Translations under genes and position numbers: made by a program
Assembly: GCA_965248265.1 (NCBI GenBank)
Contig: CBDFJF010000002.1
Span: 2,304,001 to 2,368,000 of the forward strand
Reading direction: 5' to 3'
Source: Candidatus Latescibacterota bacterium
Lineage (GTDB): Bacteria > Latescibacterota > UBA2968 > UBA8231
DNA length: 64,000 nt
In this document: positions 47,345 to 57,377 of the stretch, piece by piece
Position numbering within the stretch: the stretch's first letter is position 1
Layout: each line of letters opens with the position of its first letter
Notes under the pieces: generated by a model
Databases searched by the model: none
Told to the model about the DNA's origin: nothing
Seen by the model: only the letters and a program-made list of their open reading frames with translations

Positions 47345-48946
47345 ATGGAAAACGCAGCGAAGCGCCCACGGCTGATCTACTACAACGATGCCCATCATTT
47401 TCATGGGAAGCGAGTCGATCCTCCGGTCAGCAAACCCCGACTGTGGCAGCCGGTCGACGAACTCGCCGGCACCGGCGCCGAGATGCTTGCCTTCGGGCTG
47501 GGCTACGGCGATGTGTTCTTCCACAACTCGAAGGTCGGCAAGAGCATCCTCCAGACTGCAGACGTGATCGCGAACCCGATCGACTGGCGCATCAAGGCGA
47601 TGGCCAGGGATGCGGCAGCCATGGGCACGGATCAGGTGCGCGAGGTCATCAACCGCGGCAAGCAGCTGGGTGTCGCGGTCCTGCCCAGCCTGAAGATGAA
47701 CAACGCCCAGGCACCGGGTGCCCATCGCTGCGGCAACTTCAGAGAGGAGCGCGGAGAGGAGGTCTGCCTGCGTGAGCCGCCCTCGGAGTGGTTGTACGAC
47801 TATGCCCATGTCGATGTGCGGACTTACAAGCTGGCGCTGATCCGCGAGATGCTCGTCGACTACGATGCGGACGGCATCGAGCTCGACTTCCTGTTCGACG
47901 CTCGCTATTTCCGGGTGGCCGACGTCGAACGGGGGAAGCGCATCATGAGCGATTACATCGCCGAAGTTCGCGGGCTAATCGATGAGGTTGGTGCTGACAA
48001 AGGACGCGCCCTGACATGCGGTGCCCGCGTTTTCGCCACCGAGGAAGAGAACTTGCGCAGTGGCCTGGACGTGAGGACCTGGATCGCCGAGGGCAGCCTG
48101 GACATCGTCGTCGGAGAGGTTTCGGACTCCCTTTTCGAAACGACCTTACCCCATCGGTGGCTGGCAGACGCCGCAAACGCCAACGGCGTGGCCGCCTACA
48201 TCCGCCCTGCGCTGCGTGTCTACGACGAACGCACCGCGTCACCCGACGTCGAGATGTACCGGGCCTTCAGCCACAGTCTGCAGTCTCAGGGCTTCGCGGG
48301 CATGTACCTCGGGTACATCGACTGGCCCTTCCGCAATGACGAGCGCCAGATTCTTCGGGACGCCGCCTACCCGGAGATCACCGAGCGCCTCAACAAGCGC
48401 TACATCCTGCAACCGCAAGAGGAGCCGAAGGAGAGCTCGCGGGGTCTGGTGTCGACGGTCGCACAGCGGGATCTGCCGGTTGCACTCGAAGAGGGCCAGA
48501 CCGCGTTAATCACGGTCGATGTCGCCGACGACCTTGCCGCCGCGCGTGAGGATGGCGACCTGCGGCGTCCGATCCTGACCGTGCGCTTCTGCAACCTCTG
48601 CATCGAAGACGGAGTCGAGTTCCGCTTGAACGGCGTGACTCTGTCCCGCGACGAGGCCGAGATCACCCACTACCGCGGCGTCACCATCCGGGGGTGGGCA
48701 AGGCTCCAGTCCTTCGGCAACCCGATCAAGGCCGGTAACGGGTTCATCGCACACTGGTTCCGCTGGCATCTCGCCATTGACCTGTTGCGCCAGGGCGCCA
48801 ATACCCTCGAAGTCGAGACCAAACGGCTCGAGCCCAGTGCCGGCAACGAGCGCACCACCAACGGCGTCGAGATCCAGGTGCGCTACAACGAATTTGTCTG
48901 GCCCGAGGGGCTGGACGTCGAGCGCGTGGATCCGATCGCGCCTTAG
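47345..48946 (+). CDS. GHL10/DUF187-like protein, type B paralog 2
   Basis: YYNDAHHFH, DGIELDF and RVYDER; colinear with 25169-26740. Confidence 0.75.
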   Translation: MENAAKRPRLIYYNDAHHFHGKRVDPPVSKPRLWQPVDELAGTGAEMLAFGLGYGDVFFHNSKVGKSILQTADVIANPIDWRIKAMARDAAAMGTDQVREVINRGKQLGVAVLPSLKMNNAQAPGAHRCGNFREERGEEVCLREPPSEWLYDYAHVDVRTYKLALIREMLVDYDADGIELDFLFDARYFRVADVERGKRIMSDYIAEVRGLIDEVGADKGRALTCGARVFATEEENLRSGLDVRTWIAEGSLDIVVGEVSDSLFETTLPHRWLADAANANGVAAYIRPALRVYDERTASPDVEMYRAFSHSLQSQGFAGMYLGYIDWPFRNDERQILRDAAYPEITERLNKRYILQPQEEPKESSRGLVSTVAQRDLPVALEEGQTALITVDVADDLAAAREDGDLRRPILTVRFCNLCIEDGVEFRLNGVTLSRDEAEITHYRGVTIRGWARLQSFGNPIKAGNGFIAHWFRWHLAIDLLRQGANTLEVETKRLEPSAGNERTTNGVEIQVRYNEFVWPEGLDVERVDPIAP

Positions 48947-49031
48947 CCAATGAAGAGGTGCACGGCGAAGGGTCGTACCGCGACGCCATGCGCCAGATCG
49001 TGGAGTAGTGCAGACAACAGGAGCTTGCGAT

Positions 49032-49870
49032 ATGTCAGATGAGAAAAGGAAGCTGCAGATCATGGGCGTATTCGCCCATCCCCATGACACCATGCACGCG
49101 CTCGGGACCTGCGGTAATCACACCCGGGATGGCGACTCCGTGGTGTTCGTCCTATTGACCGGAGGGGCGTCGACCCACAATGAGAAGCTGCGTCACGAAC
49201 TCGCAAAACCGCCCGAGGAACGGGATCAGACCATCATGGCGCAGACGAGCGAGGATTACCTGGCGTTAAAGGAAGCGGAAGTCCGCAAAGCCTGCGGTTA
49301 CTTCGGAGTCACCGACATACACGTGTTTGACAATGAAGATCACCCGCTAAAACGCACCGATGACACGGTGACACGACTCGGCAAGATGATTTGCGATTAT
49401 CAGCCCGACATTCTGATAGGCGAGCTGCCGGCGCTGCAACGAGAGGATCGCCTGTGGACGACCCCGGATGATCACACGACCTGTGCGGAGATCGTCAAGG
49501 AAGCCCGGGATCTGGCCAGCCACCCGCGTCACGGCAGTGACACGGCCCCCCATATGATAACGAGGACCTACTACCTGGCCACGGAAAGGTCCTATGATAC
49601 CATCGATCTATATGTCGATGTGTCGGATCATTTCGAGAACCTGATAAACGCCGAGGCCTGTTTCTCGTCACAGGCTCATTCCCGTGACTATGCCACAGCC
49701 AGGATTACCCGGGAATCGGGCACACAGGATGGCGCGCCCAGGTATTCGCCGCCGAGGCCTTCGTCCGCAGTGACCGCATTGTAAGCAGCCGGCTTCTCTT
49801 CACCGAGCATGATTATCGCAAGTCCGGTCAGTCGGTTCTGGACAGAAGGAAGGACCTCCTGGGAGGGTGA
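49032..49870 (+). pseudogene. PIG-L family deacetylase with a 1-bp frameshift near the 3' end
   Basis: FAHPHD, LLTGG, EAEVRKAC and PDDH; continuation GHTGWRAQVFAAEAFVR in the shifted frame from ~49716; could be a sequencing error. Confidence 0.75.
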
Positions 49871-49939
49871 AGGGGGAATCGTGGCCTGAAGGACACGTAC
49901 CTACCTCACCCGTTTGAATCGTGCCAGGGCTGAAGGTCC

Positions 49940-50746
49940 TCAGTCAGTACGTCTCTTGTACGCCAGTTCCGCTTGCGGACCTGGCAGGTAGACCGGGTTG
50001 ATGATGAGCTCGTCTTCGAGCAAATGCACCAGGTTGAACCCGGAGCCGGCCAGGTGCCGGTGCCCGTCCTGGGTGGATGGGTCCATCAGCGACACGGTGC
50101 CTGGTGCCGTGGCACAAATGGCGCCGGCGAAGCAGCCGACATTGCTGAAGTGGACGTGGCCACAGAGTATGCCACGCACCCGGTGGCCGCTGAGGACATC
50201 GCGAAGTCTCGCGACGTTGTCGACACGAGCATTCAAGTCAGCGACAGCCGTTGGCAGGGGTGGATGATGCATGACCACGAGGCTGTCGTGATCAGCAGGG
50301 TTGGTCATCTCGTGCTCCAGCCAATCGAGTTGCTCGGTGTCAACGCCGATGGTGCCTGCCGTGCCGCCCCGGGTATCAAGGACGATGATGCGGAGGCCAG
50401 CGATCTGTTCGCTGTAGTAGTACGGGTCAGTCGGCAGGCCGCCATCAACGCCCAGCACGCACTGTCGGAACAGCGCCCGGTCATCGTGATTACCCAGACT
50501 CAGAAAAACGGGTACCCCCAACGACCGCAGTGATTCGGAGGCCTGGTTGTAGGACTCGTAGTTGGCGACTGAGGGCTGGTTCACCAGGTCGCCACTGACG
50601 ATTATTGCAGCAACATCGACCGTCATATCTTTCACGGTGTCTACGACAGACTGCAGGTTGGCACCGGCATCCTGGCCCCACCACGTCGGACCTGAGGGAT
50701 CGGCCGTGTGGATGTCCGTCAGGTGTAAGAGTGTTAGATCGGGCAT
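49940..50746 (-). CDS. Calcineurin-like phosphodiesterase (CpdA/GpdQ-like)
   Basis: TDIH, SGDL, GNHD, HHPP and CGHVH. Confidence 0.9.
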   Translation of the reverse strand: MPDLTLLHLTDIHTADPSGPTWWGQDAGANLQSVVDTVKDMTVDVAAIIVSGDLVNQPSVANYESYNQASESLRSLGVPVFLSLGNHDDRALFRQCVLGVDGGLPTDPYYYSEQIAGLRIIVLDTRGGTAGTIGVDTEQLDWLEHEMTNPADHDSLVVMHHPPLPTAVADLNARVDNVARLRDVLSGHRVRGILCGHVHFSNVGCFAGAICATAPGTVSLMDPSTQDGHRHLAGSGFNLVHLLEDELIINPVYLPGPQAELAYKRRTD

Positions 50747-50762
50747 GTGCTGGGCGGGGAGT

Positions 50763-51212
50763 TTACTCGACCATGACCTTGACGACGGCCTTGTGGAGCT
50801 GATCCGGCGAGATCAACGGGATGTGGGGATCATTCGGAAGGAAGATGGCAAATGTTCCGGGCACGGTGGCGACCCAGGAGGTAGGCTGGTCGCTGAACAT
50901 CTGGTAGTCGCCCTCTGCATTGTACTCGGCCTGGGGTTGGGTGCAGCTTGCTCTGGAGCGCCATCCCATCTCATCCGTCCCGTCGATCATGTACTGCACA
51001 TCGATGTATTTGAGGTGGGCCTCGAGCTCCCCGACGTCTCTGGTTCGTCCGGCCGCCTTGACCACGATGGCGTAGACGCGCTCGCCGTCGATTTCGTGCC
51101 TGCCCTCATCGAGTTCGGCCAGGTCACTACGTCTGAGGAACTCGAAGGCCTTGGCGAAGCCGCTGTTGAGAGCGTTGTAGGCGTCGGCGTTCTCCAGCGT
51201 GTCCAGTATCAT
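50763..51212 (-). CDS. YhcH/YjgK/YiaL family protein
   Basis: GRHEIDG, EAHLKYIDVQ, FAIFLPNDPH and KAVVKV. Confidence 0.93.
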   Translation of the reverse strand: MILDTLENADAYNALNSGFAKAFEFLRRSDLAELDEGRHEIDGERVYAIVVKAAGRTRDVGELEAHLKYIDVQYMIDGTDEMGWRSRASCTQPQAEYNAEGDYQMFSDQPTSWVATVPGTFAIFLPNDPHIPLISPDQLHKAVVKVMVE

Positions 51213-51396
51213 GATCGTCTCCTTGTGTGTCGTCTTGTGTGTGGCATCGTAAGCAAAATCGTTCTGCTTTCCCGAGGAATGGTGATGACTACATTAACCG
51301 ATTCTATATAGATCCACTGACGGACAGATCCAACCGGAGGAAGCGCTGGGAATATGTCCCGGCGGGTAAAGCACATCAAGCAGGAGATAGGAAGGC

Positions 51397-52590
51397 GTGA
51401 ACATCGATCTCTACGACAAATACAACCTCAAGCGAATCGTCAATGCCTGCGGCAAGATGACCCACTTGGCCGGAGCGGCCGTACTGCCACCGATCGCACA
51501 GCAGGTGTCTATAGCGCTGCCATGCTTCTTCGATCTGGACGAACTGCAGGAGAGTGCCGGACGGGTGATCGCGGAGGCCACGGGAGCCGAGGGTGGCTGC
51601 GTTACCGCGAGCTCCGCGGCTGGCATAACGCTATCCGTTGCCGCTTCAATGACGGGTCCGGACTTGGGCAGGATCGGTCAACTGCCTGACACCGGCGGCA
51701 TGCCCGACCAGGTGGTTCTGCAGAAGGGACACGCTGTCAACTTCGGGGCGCCGATCGCTCAGATGATCCGCCTGGCCGGAGCACGCGTCGTCGAGATCGG
51801 TTCGATCAACGGTGCCTCGGATTATCACCTGGAACATGCGATAAATCCGAGCACGGCCGCTGTTGTCTTCGTGGTGTCCCACCATACCGTGCGCTACGGC
51901 TGCATCCCTCTGAGGCAGACTGTCGAGATCGCCCATGCGCACGACGTTCCCGTGATCGTCGACGGGGCGGCGCAGTCGTTCAATATCCGGCAGATCATCG
52001 AGGCGGGAGTGGATCTGGCGATCTGCAGCGGCCACAAGTACCTGTCCGGGACCACGGCCGGCATCGTTTGCGGTCGCGAGGATCTGGTGCGGTCAGTGAA
52101 CCTTCAGAGCAGGGGAATCGGCCGTCCGATGAAGGTGGGCAAGGAGGGAATCTTCGGGGTGATGGCCGCTCTGGAGCACCGTATGAATATGGATGTCGTG
52201 GCCTGGGAGGCGGAGCAGGATCGCAAGATGGAGCGGATCATCGAGCGTCTGCAGGATGTGGAGGGGGTGACGATGAGCGCCAATCCCGATCCGAACGGCA
52301 ACCCATTCAGCCGGGCGCGCATTGACGTGGACGCAGAGCGCAGCGGAATCAGCGCCGCGACCTTGTCCGCCGCCATGGCGGCAGGCGACCCGTCAATCAG
52401 ACTGCGAGCTCATCACGTTGACGAGGGCTGGGTCAACGTCGATGCCATCGAAATGTCCGACGAAGAGGTGGAACTGACCTGCGACCGGTTGAGCCAACTG
52501 TTGACGGCACCACCTGCTGAAAAGGCAGCATTGGAGGAGAAATTTGGTGGCCGGCGCGCGGAGATGGCCCGGCTTGATGGGTTGCGCTGA
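51397..52590 (+). CDS. SelA-like PLP enzyme (DgaE family-like)
   Basis: NACGKMT.L.G, IVDGAA, SGHK (PLP lysine) and IGRPMKVGKE. Confidence 0.85.
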   Translation: MNIDLYDKYNLKRIVNACGKMTHLAGAAVLPPIAQQVSIALPCFFDLDELQESAGRVIAEATGAEGGCVTASSAAGITLSVAASMTGPDLGRIGQLPDTGGMPDQVVLQKGHAVNFGAPIAQMIRLAGARVVEIGSINGASDYHLEHAINPSTAAVVFVVSHHTVRYGCIPLRQTVEIAHAHDVPVIVDGAAQSFNIRQIIEAGVDLAICSGHKYLSGTTAGIVCGREDLVRSVNLQSRGIGRPMKVGKEGIFGVMAALEHRMNMDVVAWEAEQDRKMERIIERLQDVEGVTMSANPDPNGNPFSRARIDVDAERSGISAATLSAAMAAGDPSIRLRAHHVDEGWVNVDAIEMSDEEVELTCDRLSQLLTAPPAEKAALEEKFGGRRAEMARLDGLR

Positions 52591-52607
52591 ATGATGGCGT
52601 CTGGTTG

Positions 52608-53735
52608 CTACATCTCGATCCCCAGAATCCGCGCCACGGTTCCACCCATGATCGCCGCTCGCTCCTCATCGCTGAGAAAGTCACAGTACTTCTCGATCCA
52701 ATCGCGGGACTGGCGGTAGGTACAGAAGCGATTCTGGAACGGCATGTCGGTACCCCACAGCAGATGGTCGGCGCCGATGCGGGCGACCATTTCCTCCAGC
52801 ATCGGCCACACCTCCCGATACGGGAAATCAAACAGATCGCCCAATCGCACGGGAAAGCAGACTTCCATGTTGCAGGTGGGGCTGGCGAAGGGTTCCCAGA
52901 TCTCATCCGGCACCACGAGGTGGTCATCCTGCAAGAAAGCGCGCCACGGAAATCCGTGGGTGAGACTGCAGACGGTGTCGGGGTAGCGCTCCATCCAACG
53001 CATCAGAATGCGCAGCTCATCGATGTATCCCTGTCGTCCCTGTTCCCCAGTCTGATTGCACGACATGTCCGAGGGGCCAGATCCAAGGGTGAAGAATACG
53101 GGGACCTTCAAGGCGGTTGCAGCTTCCCAAAAGGGCCTGAAGGGGCCGTCGTCCCACGGTTCGGTGTTGCCGACATAGGTCAGGGGCGGACAGAACTTGA
53201 TGCAGTGCAGACCGAGTTCAGTGATGGCCCTGTCTAGTTCGGCGATCACGGTATCCGTTTCGGCGAGGATGCGCCACTCGTCTACCGGTGTCATCGTCCG
53301 CAGACGGTCGGGGAAGCGCTCGATGCAGGCTGCCTGGTAGGCGGGATCCCGACCGAGGGTGGCATCGACGTGAAGGAGGGCCATGTCGATGTCGGCGTAA
53401 TCCATTTCGCAGGTCAGGCTGAACGGAGTGTACTCGAGGGCGCCCATGTTCGGCGGGTAGAAATGTTTGGTGTACTCCTCGCCTTCCCAATTCCATACAA
53501 CCCGGCCCCGGGCTTTGTTGATGCGGAAGTTCACATCCGGCACGGCGTCGAGGTCCCAGCCCCCCGATGGATTGAGAGGTTCTGAAGGACCCGGGGCCCG
53601 GTCGCGGATGCGGAAAGCCGGCTGGTGGTGGCCGGCGTTAGCCAGCTGAACCCATTTGAGATGCTCTTCGCCGCTGGCGTGGCCGGCGGGACTGTCGGCG
53701 GGGTCAAAACAGTAGACGTGGGAGTCGATGATCAT
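52608..53735 (-). CDS. Amidohydrolase_2 family protein
   Basis: IIDSH, LTHG and LWGTDMP. Confidence 0.85.
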   Translation of the reverse strand: MIIDSHVYCFDPADSPAGHASGEEHLKWVQLANAGHHQPAFRIRDRAPGPSEPLNPSGGWDLDAVPDVNFRINKARGRVVWNWEGEEYTKHFYPPNMGALEYTPFSLTCEMDYADIDMALLHVDATLGRDPAYQAACIERFPDRLRTMTPVDEWRILAETDTVIAELDRAITELGLHCIKFCPPLTYVGNTEPWDDGPFRPFWEAATALKVPVFFTLGSGPSDMSCNQTGEQGRQGYIDELRILMRWMERYPDTVCSLTHGFPWRAFLQDDHLVVPDEIWEPFASPTCNMEVCFPVRLGDLFDFPYREVWPMLEEMVARIGADHLLWGTDMPFQNRFCTYRQSRDWIEKYCDFLSDEERAAIMGGTVARILGIEM

Positions 53736-53777
53736 AACAGTCTCATGGCTGGGTTGGTAGGGTAACGGGGCTGGAGG

Positions 53778-54086
53778 TCAATCCAGATGAAATACCTCGC
53801 GGAGCACCTCAATTTTCGGTGAGGAGTCTTCGTTGCATTCCATCAGTGGTGCCATGAAGCGCCACCACTTCCAGGTCAGCTCGTTCTCTTTCATGGTGTC
53901 CAGCGTGGCGGGATCCTCCGTTTCCAGGTACGCGAACAAGGTCAAGCCGTGGAGGTAGATGTTGTAGTTCCTTATGCCGGAACGGCTGATGAGCTCGGCC
54001 AGCTCCGGCCAGATCTCATCATGGCGCTTCTCGTACTCCGCTTCGCAGCCTTCCTTAATGTGCATGACGAATGCTACTCGTTCCAT
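53778..54086 (-). CDS. rhaM: L-rhamnose mutarotase family protein
   Basis: EYEKRHDEIWPE, GIRNYNIY, KWW..M and EVFHLD. Confidence 0.85.
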   Translation of the reverse strand: MERVAFVMHIKEGCEAEYEKRHDEIWPELAELISRSGIRNYNIYLHGLTLFAYLETEDPATLDTMKENELTWKWWRFMAPLMECNEDSSPKIEVLREVFHLD

Positions 54087-54114
54087 TCAGGTCTCCCTAT
54101 CTCCCACCCCATGA

Positions 54115-54915
54115 TCAGGGTATCGGAATCTCCGAATTGAACACCTGCGTCCGCTTCATGATGCGCCGTTCCGCATCCGGGAAGGGTTCGCGGCGGTGCA
54201 TGGTCGGACGGTTGTCCCAGATCAGCAGGTCGCTGACCTGCCAGTCATGGGACCACACGAATTGGGGCTGCGACTGGTGCTGGTAAAGGGTCTGCAGGAG
54301 TTCGCGGCTGTCGTTTTCGGACATGTCGACGATGTGGCTGGTCAGGTGCGGTGAAACGTAGAGTGATTTGCCCCCCGTCACCGGGTGAGAGCGCACGACA
54401 GGGTGGGTCGCGGGTTCGGGAGGATTCTGCTCCGGGATGGGGTGCCGGTGCACGGCCCATAGTCCCTGCAGGCGCTGCTTCATACTCTCATCCAATGCCT
54501 CATAGGCCACCGCGCAGTTGCACCATGTGGTGGCGCCACCGACGCTGGGTATTTCGACCGCGTACATAACCGATATCGTACCCGGCTGGGGCATGTAAGA
54601 CAGATCCGAATGGAAGTCGAGCTCATCGCTGCCGAGGGCGCCAATCGGTTCTCCATTCTCCTTCACGTTGGAGATGATGAAGATCTCTCTTACTTCCCGA
54701 TCCCGTTGCTTGCGCACGTGTTCGACCGGTTTGCCGAAGTGACTGGTGAAGCGCACCTGATCGTGATCGGTGATCTGCTGGTCTCTGAAGAAAATCACGC
54801 AGTGATCGAGCAGGGCTTGGCGGACCTGTTCGGCATCCTGATCGGACAACGGATTCGTCAGGTCCAGGTCGGAGATCTCGGCGCCCAGGGCGTCGCCTGT
54901 GGGTGTTACCTGCAT
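54115..54915 (-). CDS. TauD/TfdA family dioxygenase
   Basis: LGAEI, FHSD, HPVVRSHP and WDNRPTMHRR. Confidence 0.93.
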   Translation of the reverse strand: MQVTPTGDALGAEISDLDLTNPLSDQDAEQVRQALLDHCVIFFRDQQITDHDQVRFTSHFGKPVEHVRKQRDREVREIFIISNVKENGEPIGALGSDELDFHSDLSYMPQPGTISVMYAVEIPSVGGATTWCNCAVAYEALDESMKQRLQGLWAVHRHPIPEQNPPEPATHPVVRSHPVTGGKSLYVSPHLTSHIVDMSENDSRELLQTLYQHQSQPQFVWSHDWQVSDLLIWDNRPTMHRREPFPDAERRIMKRTQVFNSEIPIP

Positions 54916-55005
54916 ATTTTCGATTAGGGTGTGGGGTAGGCTTCTAGTTCGGCGTGAAAATAGCGGCTGCCAAAAAACGCTGCAAATGAGCTATCGAGCA
55001 ATAGA

Positions 55006-57354
55006 TCAGCGCCGCGGCCAGTTGAGATGTTTTGACAAGAATTCGAAGGTTCCCTCCGCGTTGATGCGGTGGCCTCCGTCGAAGTATTCGATCTCCGTTT
55101 TGTCTGCCAGACCCAACAGGGCGTAGTGTCGCTGCGTCTTGGCATACTCGTAGCCTACCCACTCATCCGGTGTGACCTGGTCGTGATGGCCGCGTTCGAC
55201 CATGAAGGGACGCGGACAAATCAGCCAACTCATTTCGGCGTGGTTGAAGGTGTTGCCCAGATCGAACTCCGGCATCTCGTATTCGGTTGTTAACCCATAG
55301 CCATACGGCTCTCTAAGTGTCGAGACCTTGCGTGTCCAGTCGCCGTAATTGGCCGAACATATGGAAAGGCAGTAGCGCTCGAGCAGGGCGGGGATTCTCA
55401 TCGCGGTGAAACCGCCGTAGCTGAGTCCGTAGAAGCCGATGCGCTTGCGATCGACGAAAGGCAGGCTCTGCAACCAGTCGAGGATGCGCTCGTTTTGGCT
55501 GAGGACGAAGGAGAACAGGGTTTTCTTCAACGGATGAGCACGGCGCTGGATCTGGCGAAACAGATCCTCGCCGATGTAGGGGTTTTGCGGTGAGAACGTG
55601 ATGAAACCGCGTTCGGCCAGGTGGCAGGCGTACTGATTGTAATCCGGGTTCAGGTGACCGGGATCGGCCACGTCTTTGGACCGGCCCTCCAGGCCGTGTT
55701 GACACACGACGACGGGACGACGTTCGCGCGGACGCATTTTCTTGGGGACGAGGAGGATGCCGTAGGCGAAGACGTCACGGTAGACGTCCAGGACGACCTC
55801 GTAGCCGCGGTACTCAGGTTCATCGAATACCTGGCGGGTACGCGGGTTGAGTGCCATGCGGGACGTCGGCAGCCGGCCGATGATTTCGTCCCAGAGATAA
55901 CGCCGATACTTCACACTCTTGCGCTTCCAGGCTGACAGATTGCGGTGGTCGCCGGTCGGGCCCTTGCGCATGAGATAAGCGTCACGAGAGGCGACCTCGT
56001 GGCGACCTTGCTGAGGGTCTGCGTATTCTGTCCAGAATGCGCGGCGATGAGATTCGGCGCTGGCAAGGGCGAGCTGGGTTTGTTCGACCAGCTGGTCGAA
56101 CTGCCGGTGCTGCCTCTCTTCCGGGTCGACGATGCGGGACAGTGCCGCTGGTTTGCTGTCCGGGGAGCGCAAGCGATTGCTGCCAACCAGTGAGTCCATG
56201 AAATCGCGCAGCAGGGGATCACTACCCGGTAAACTCGATGGACATTCGACAAGGGTAAGGTGTGGAGAAGGATCGAGCGCAGAGACTAACTTACGAGCTC
56301 GGGCGAATTCCTCCCTGACTTCCTCTGGCGGTGGAGTGCTGACGATGCCGGGGGCGCCGCCTTGACGCCCGGGGCGATCAGGAGGGCGATCGACACGCGG
56401 GTGGCGGCAGTTCTCGACGGTCAGTGCCCTGGGAGCGACCAGGCTGGCCAATTCGGCGTCGCCGAATTCGTCGAGCAGCCCGAAAACGTTGCGATAGATC
56501 GGTTCGCGCCACAGCTGCTCCCGTTTGCGGAAATAACCGCATACGGCCGTGGCGTCGATGCGCTGGTCGGCCGCTGCCGAGTAGAGGGCTAGCAGGCCGC
56601 CTTCTCCATACCCGATGATACCGACGCGGCGATTCTGACGACCAGTGCTGGTGAGCCAATCCACAGCGGCGAGGATTCTCTGTACCTCGTATCCGATGAC
56701 GTGACGACCGAGGGCGAACGCCGAGCGATAGATGAACTCGCGGTGCGTCTGGTTGGTCATCCCGTACTCGGGGATTCCCGAATGAAGGTTGTCGCGGTAT
56801 ATCAGTTGGACCACGAGCACGCGACATCCATTCTCGGCCAGGCGACGGGCATACTGTGCCTTCTCGGACAGGCCGGTGCTCAATCCCACCAGCATCTCCG
56901 GTGACCAGTCGCAATCGGGCAGGGCGACGACATCCGCCTTTCTCCGCCTGCCTCTGGGTAGCAGCAGCAAACCTTCGCCTTCGACACTCTCGAGGACGCT
57001 CCAGCGCACGGCAAAGACGCGAAACATCTCTGCCTCACCGACGCAGATGCTGGGGTCGCCATCTCGGTCGACGTCCATCACGCCCTTGAGATCGACTGTT
57101 ACGCGTTCATCTACCAGGCCGATCATCTTGCGAAACCGGTGGCGGTTTTTCTCGATCGATTTCGTGTAGTTTTCGGAGGAGGTATAGTCGCGCTTCCAGT
57201 GCCTGGATCGGCGGCCAGCCGTGACCTGGGTGGCGTTCTCGAGATAGCGCCCGAAGCCGGCGACCATCTGCTGCGCCAGGTCGCCCTGCATTTCGAGCGG
57301 GGCTGTGCCGCGTAGAGGCTCACCCCTGGATTCGGATGATTTGGCCGCGGACAT
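55006..57354 (-). CDS. Tandem two-domain alpha/beta hydrolase (dienelactone hydrolase-like)
   Basis: GYGEGG in domain 1; CQHG, GLSYGG, RGHHD and GGH in domain 2. Confidence 0.8.
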   Translation of the reverse strand: MSAAKSSESRGEPLRGTAPLEMQGDLAQQMVAGFGRYLENATQVTAGRRSRHWKRDYTSSENYTKSIEKNRHRFRKMIGLVDERVTVDLKGVMDVDRDGDPSICVGEAEMFRVFAVRWSVLESVEGEGLLLLPRGRRRKADVVALPDCDWSPEMLVGLSTGLSEKAQYARRLAENGCRVLVVQLIYRDNLHSGIPEYGMTNQTHREFIYRSAFALGRHVIGYEVQRILAAVDWLTSTGRQNRRVGIIGYGEGGLLALYSAAADQRIDATAVCGYFRKREQLWREPIYRNVFGLLDEFGDAELASLVAPRALTVENCRHPRVDRPPDRPGRQGGAPGIVSTPPPEEVREEFARARKLVSALDPSPHLTLVECPSSLPGSDPLLRDFMDSLVGSNRLRSPDSKPAALSRIVDPEERQHRQFDQLVEQTQLALASAESHRRAFWTEYADPQQGRHEVASRDAYLMRKGPTGDHRNLSAWKRKSVKYRRYLWDEIIGRLPTSRMALNPRTRQVFDEPEYRGYEVVLDVYRDVFAYGILLVPKKMRPRERRPVVVCQHGLEGRSKDVADPGHLNPDYNQYACHLAERGFITFSPQNPYIGEDLFRQIQRRAHPLKKTLFSFVLSQNERILDWLQSLPFVDRKRIGFYGLSYGGFTAMRIPALLERYCLSICSANYGDWTRKVSTLREPYGYGLTTEYEMPEFDLGNTFNHAEMSWLICPRPFMVERGHHDQVTPDEWVGYEYAKTQRHYALLGLADKTEIEYFDGGHRINAEGTFEFLSKHLNWPRR

Positions 57355-57377
57355 GGTTGGTGCGTCCCTGATGCTCC

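Noticed and set aside
49700-49730. Programmed frameshift in the PIG-L gene
   Set aside because: No canonical slippery heptamer; a 1-bp loss or sequencing error is simpler
51397-52590. True selenocysteine synthase (selA)
   Set aside because: Motifs fit the DgaE-like branch; no selB, selC or selD nearby and no convincing in-frame TGA selenoprotein
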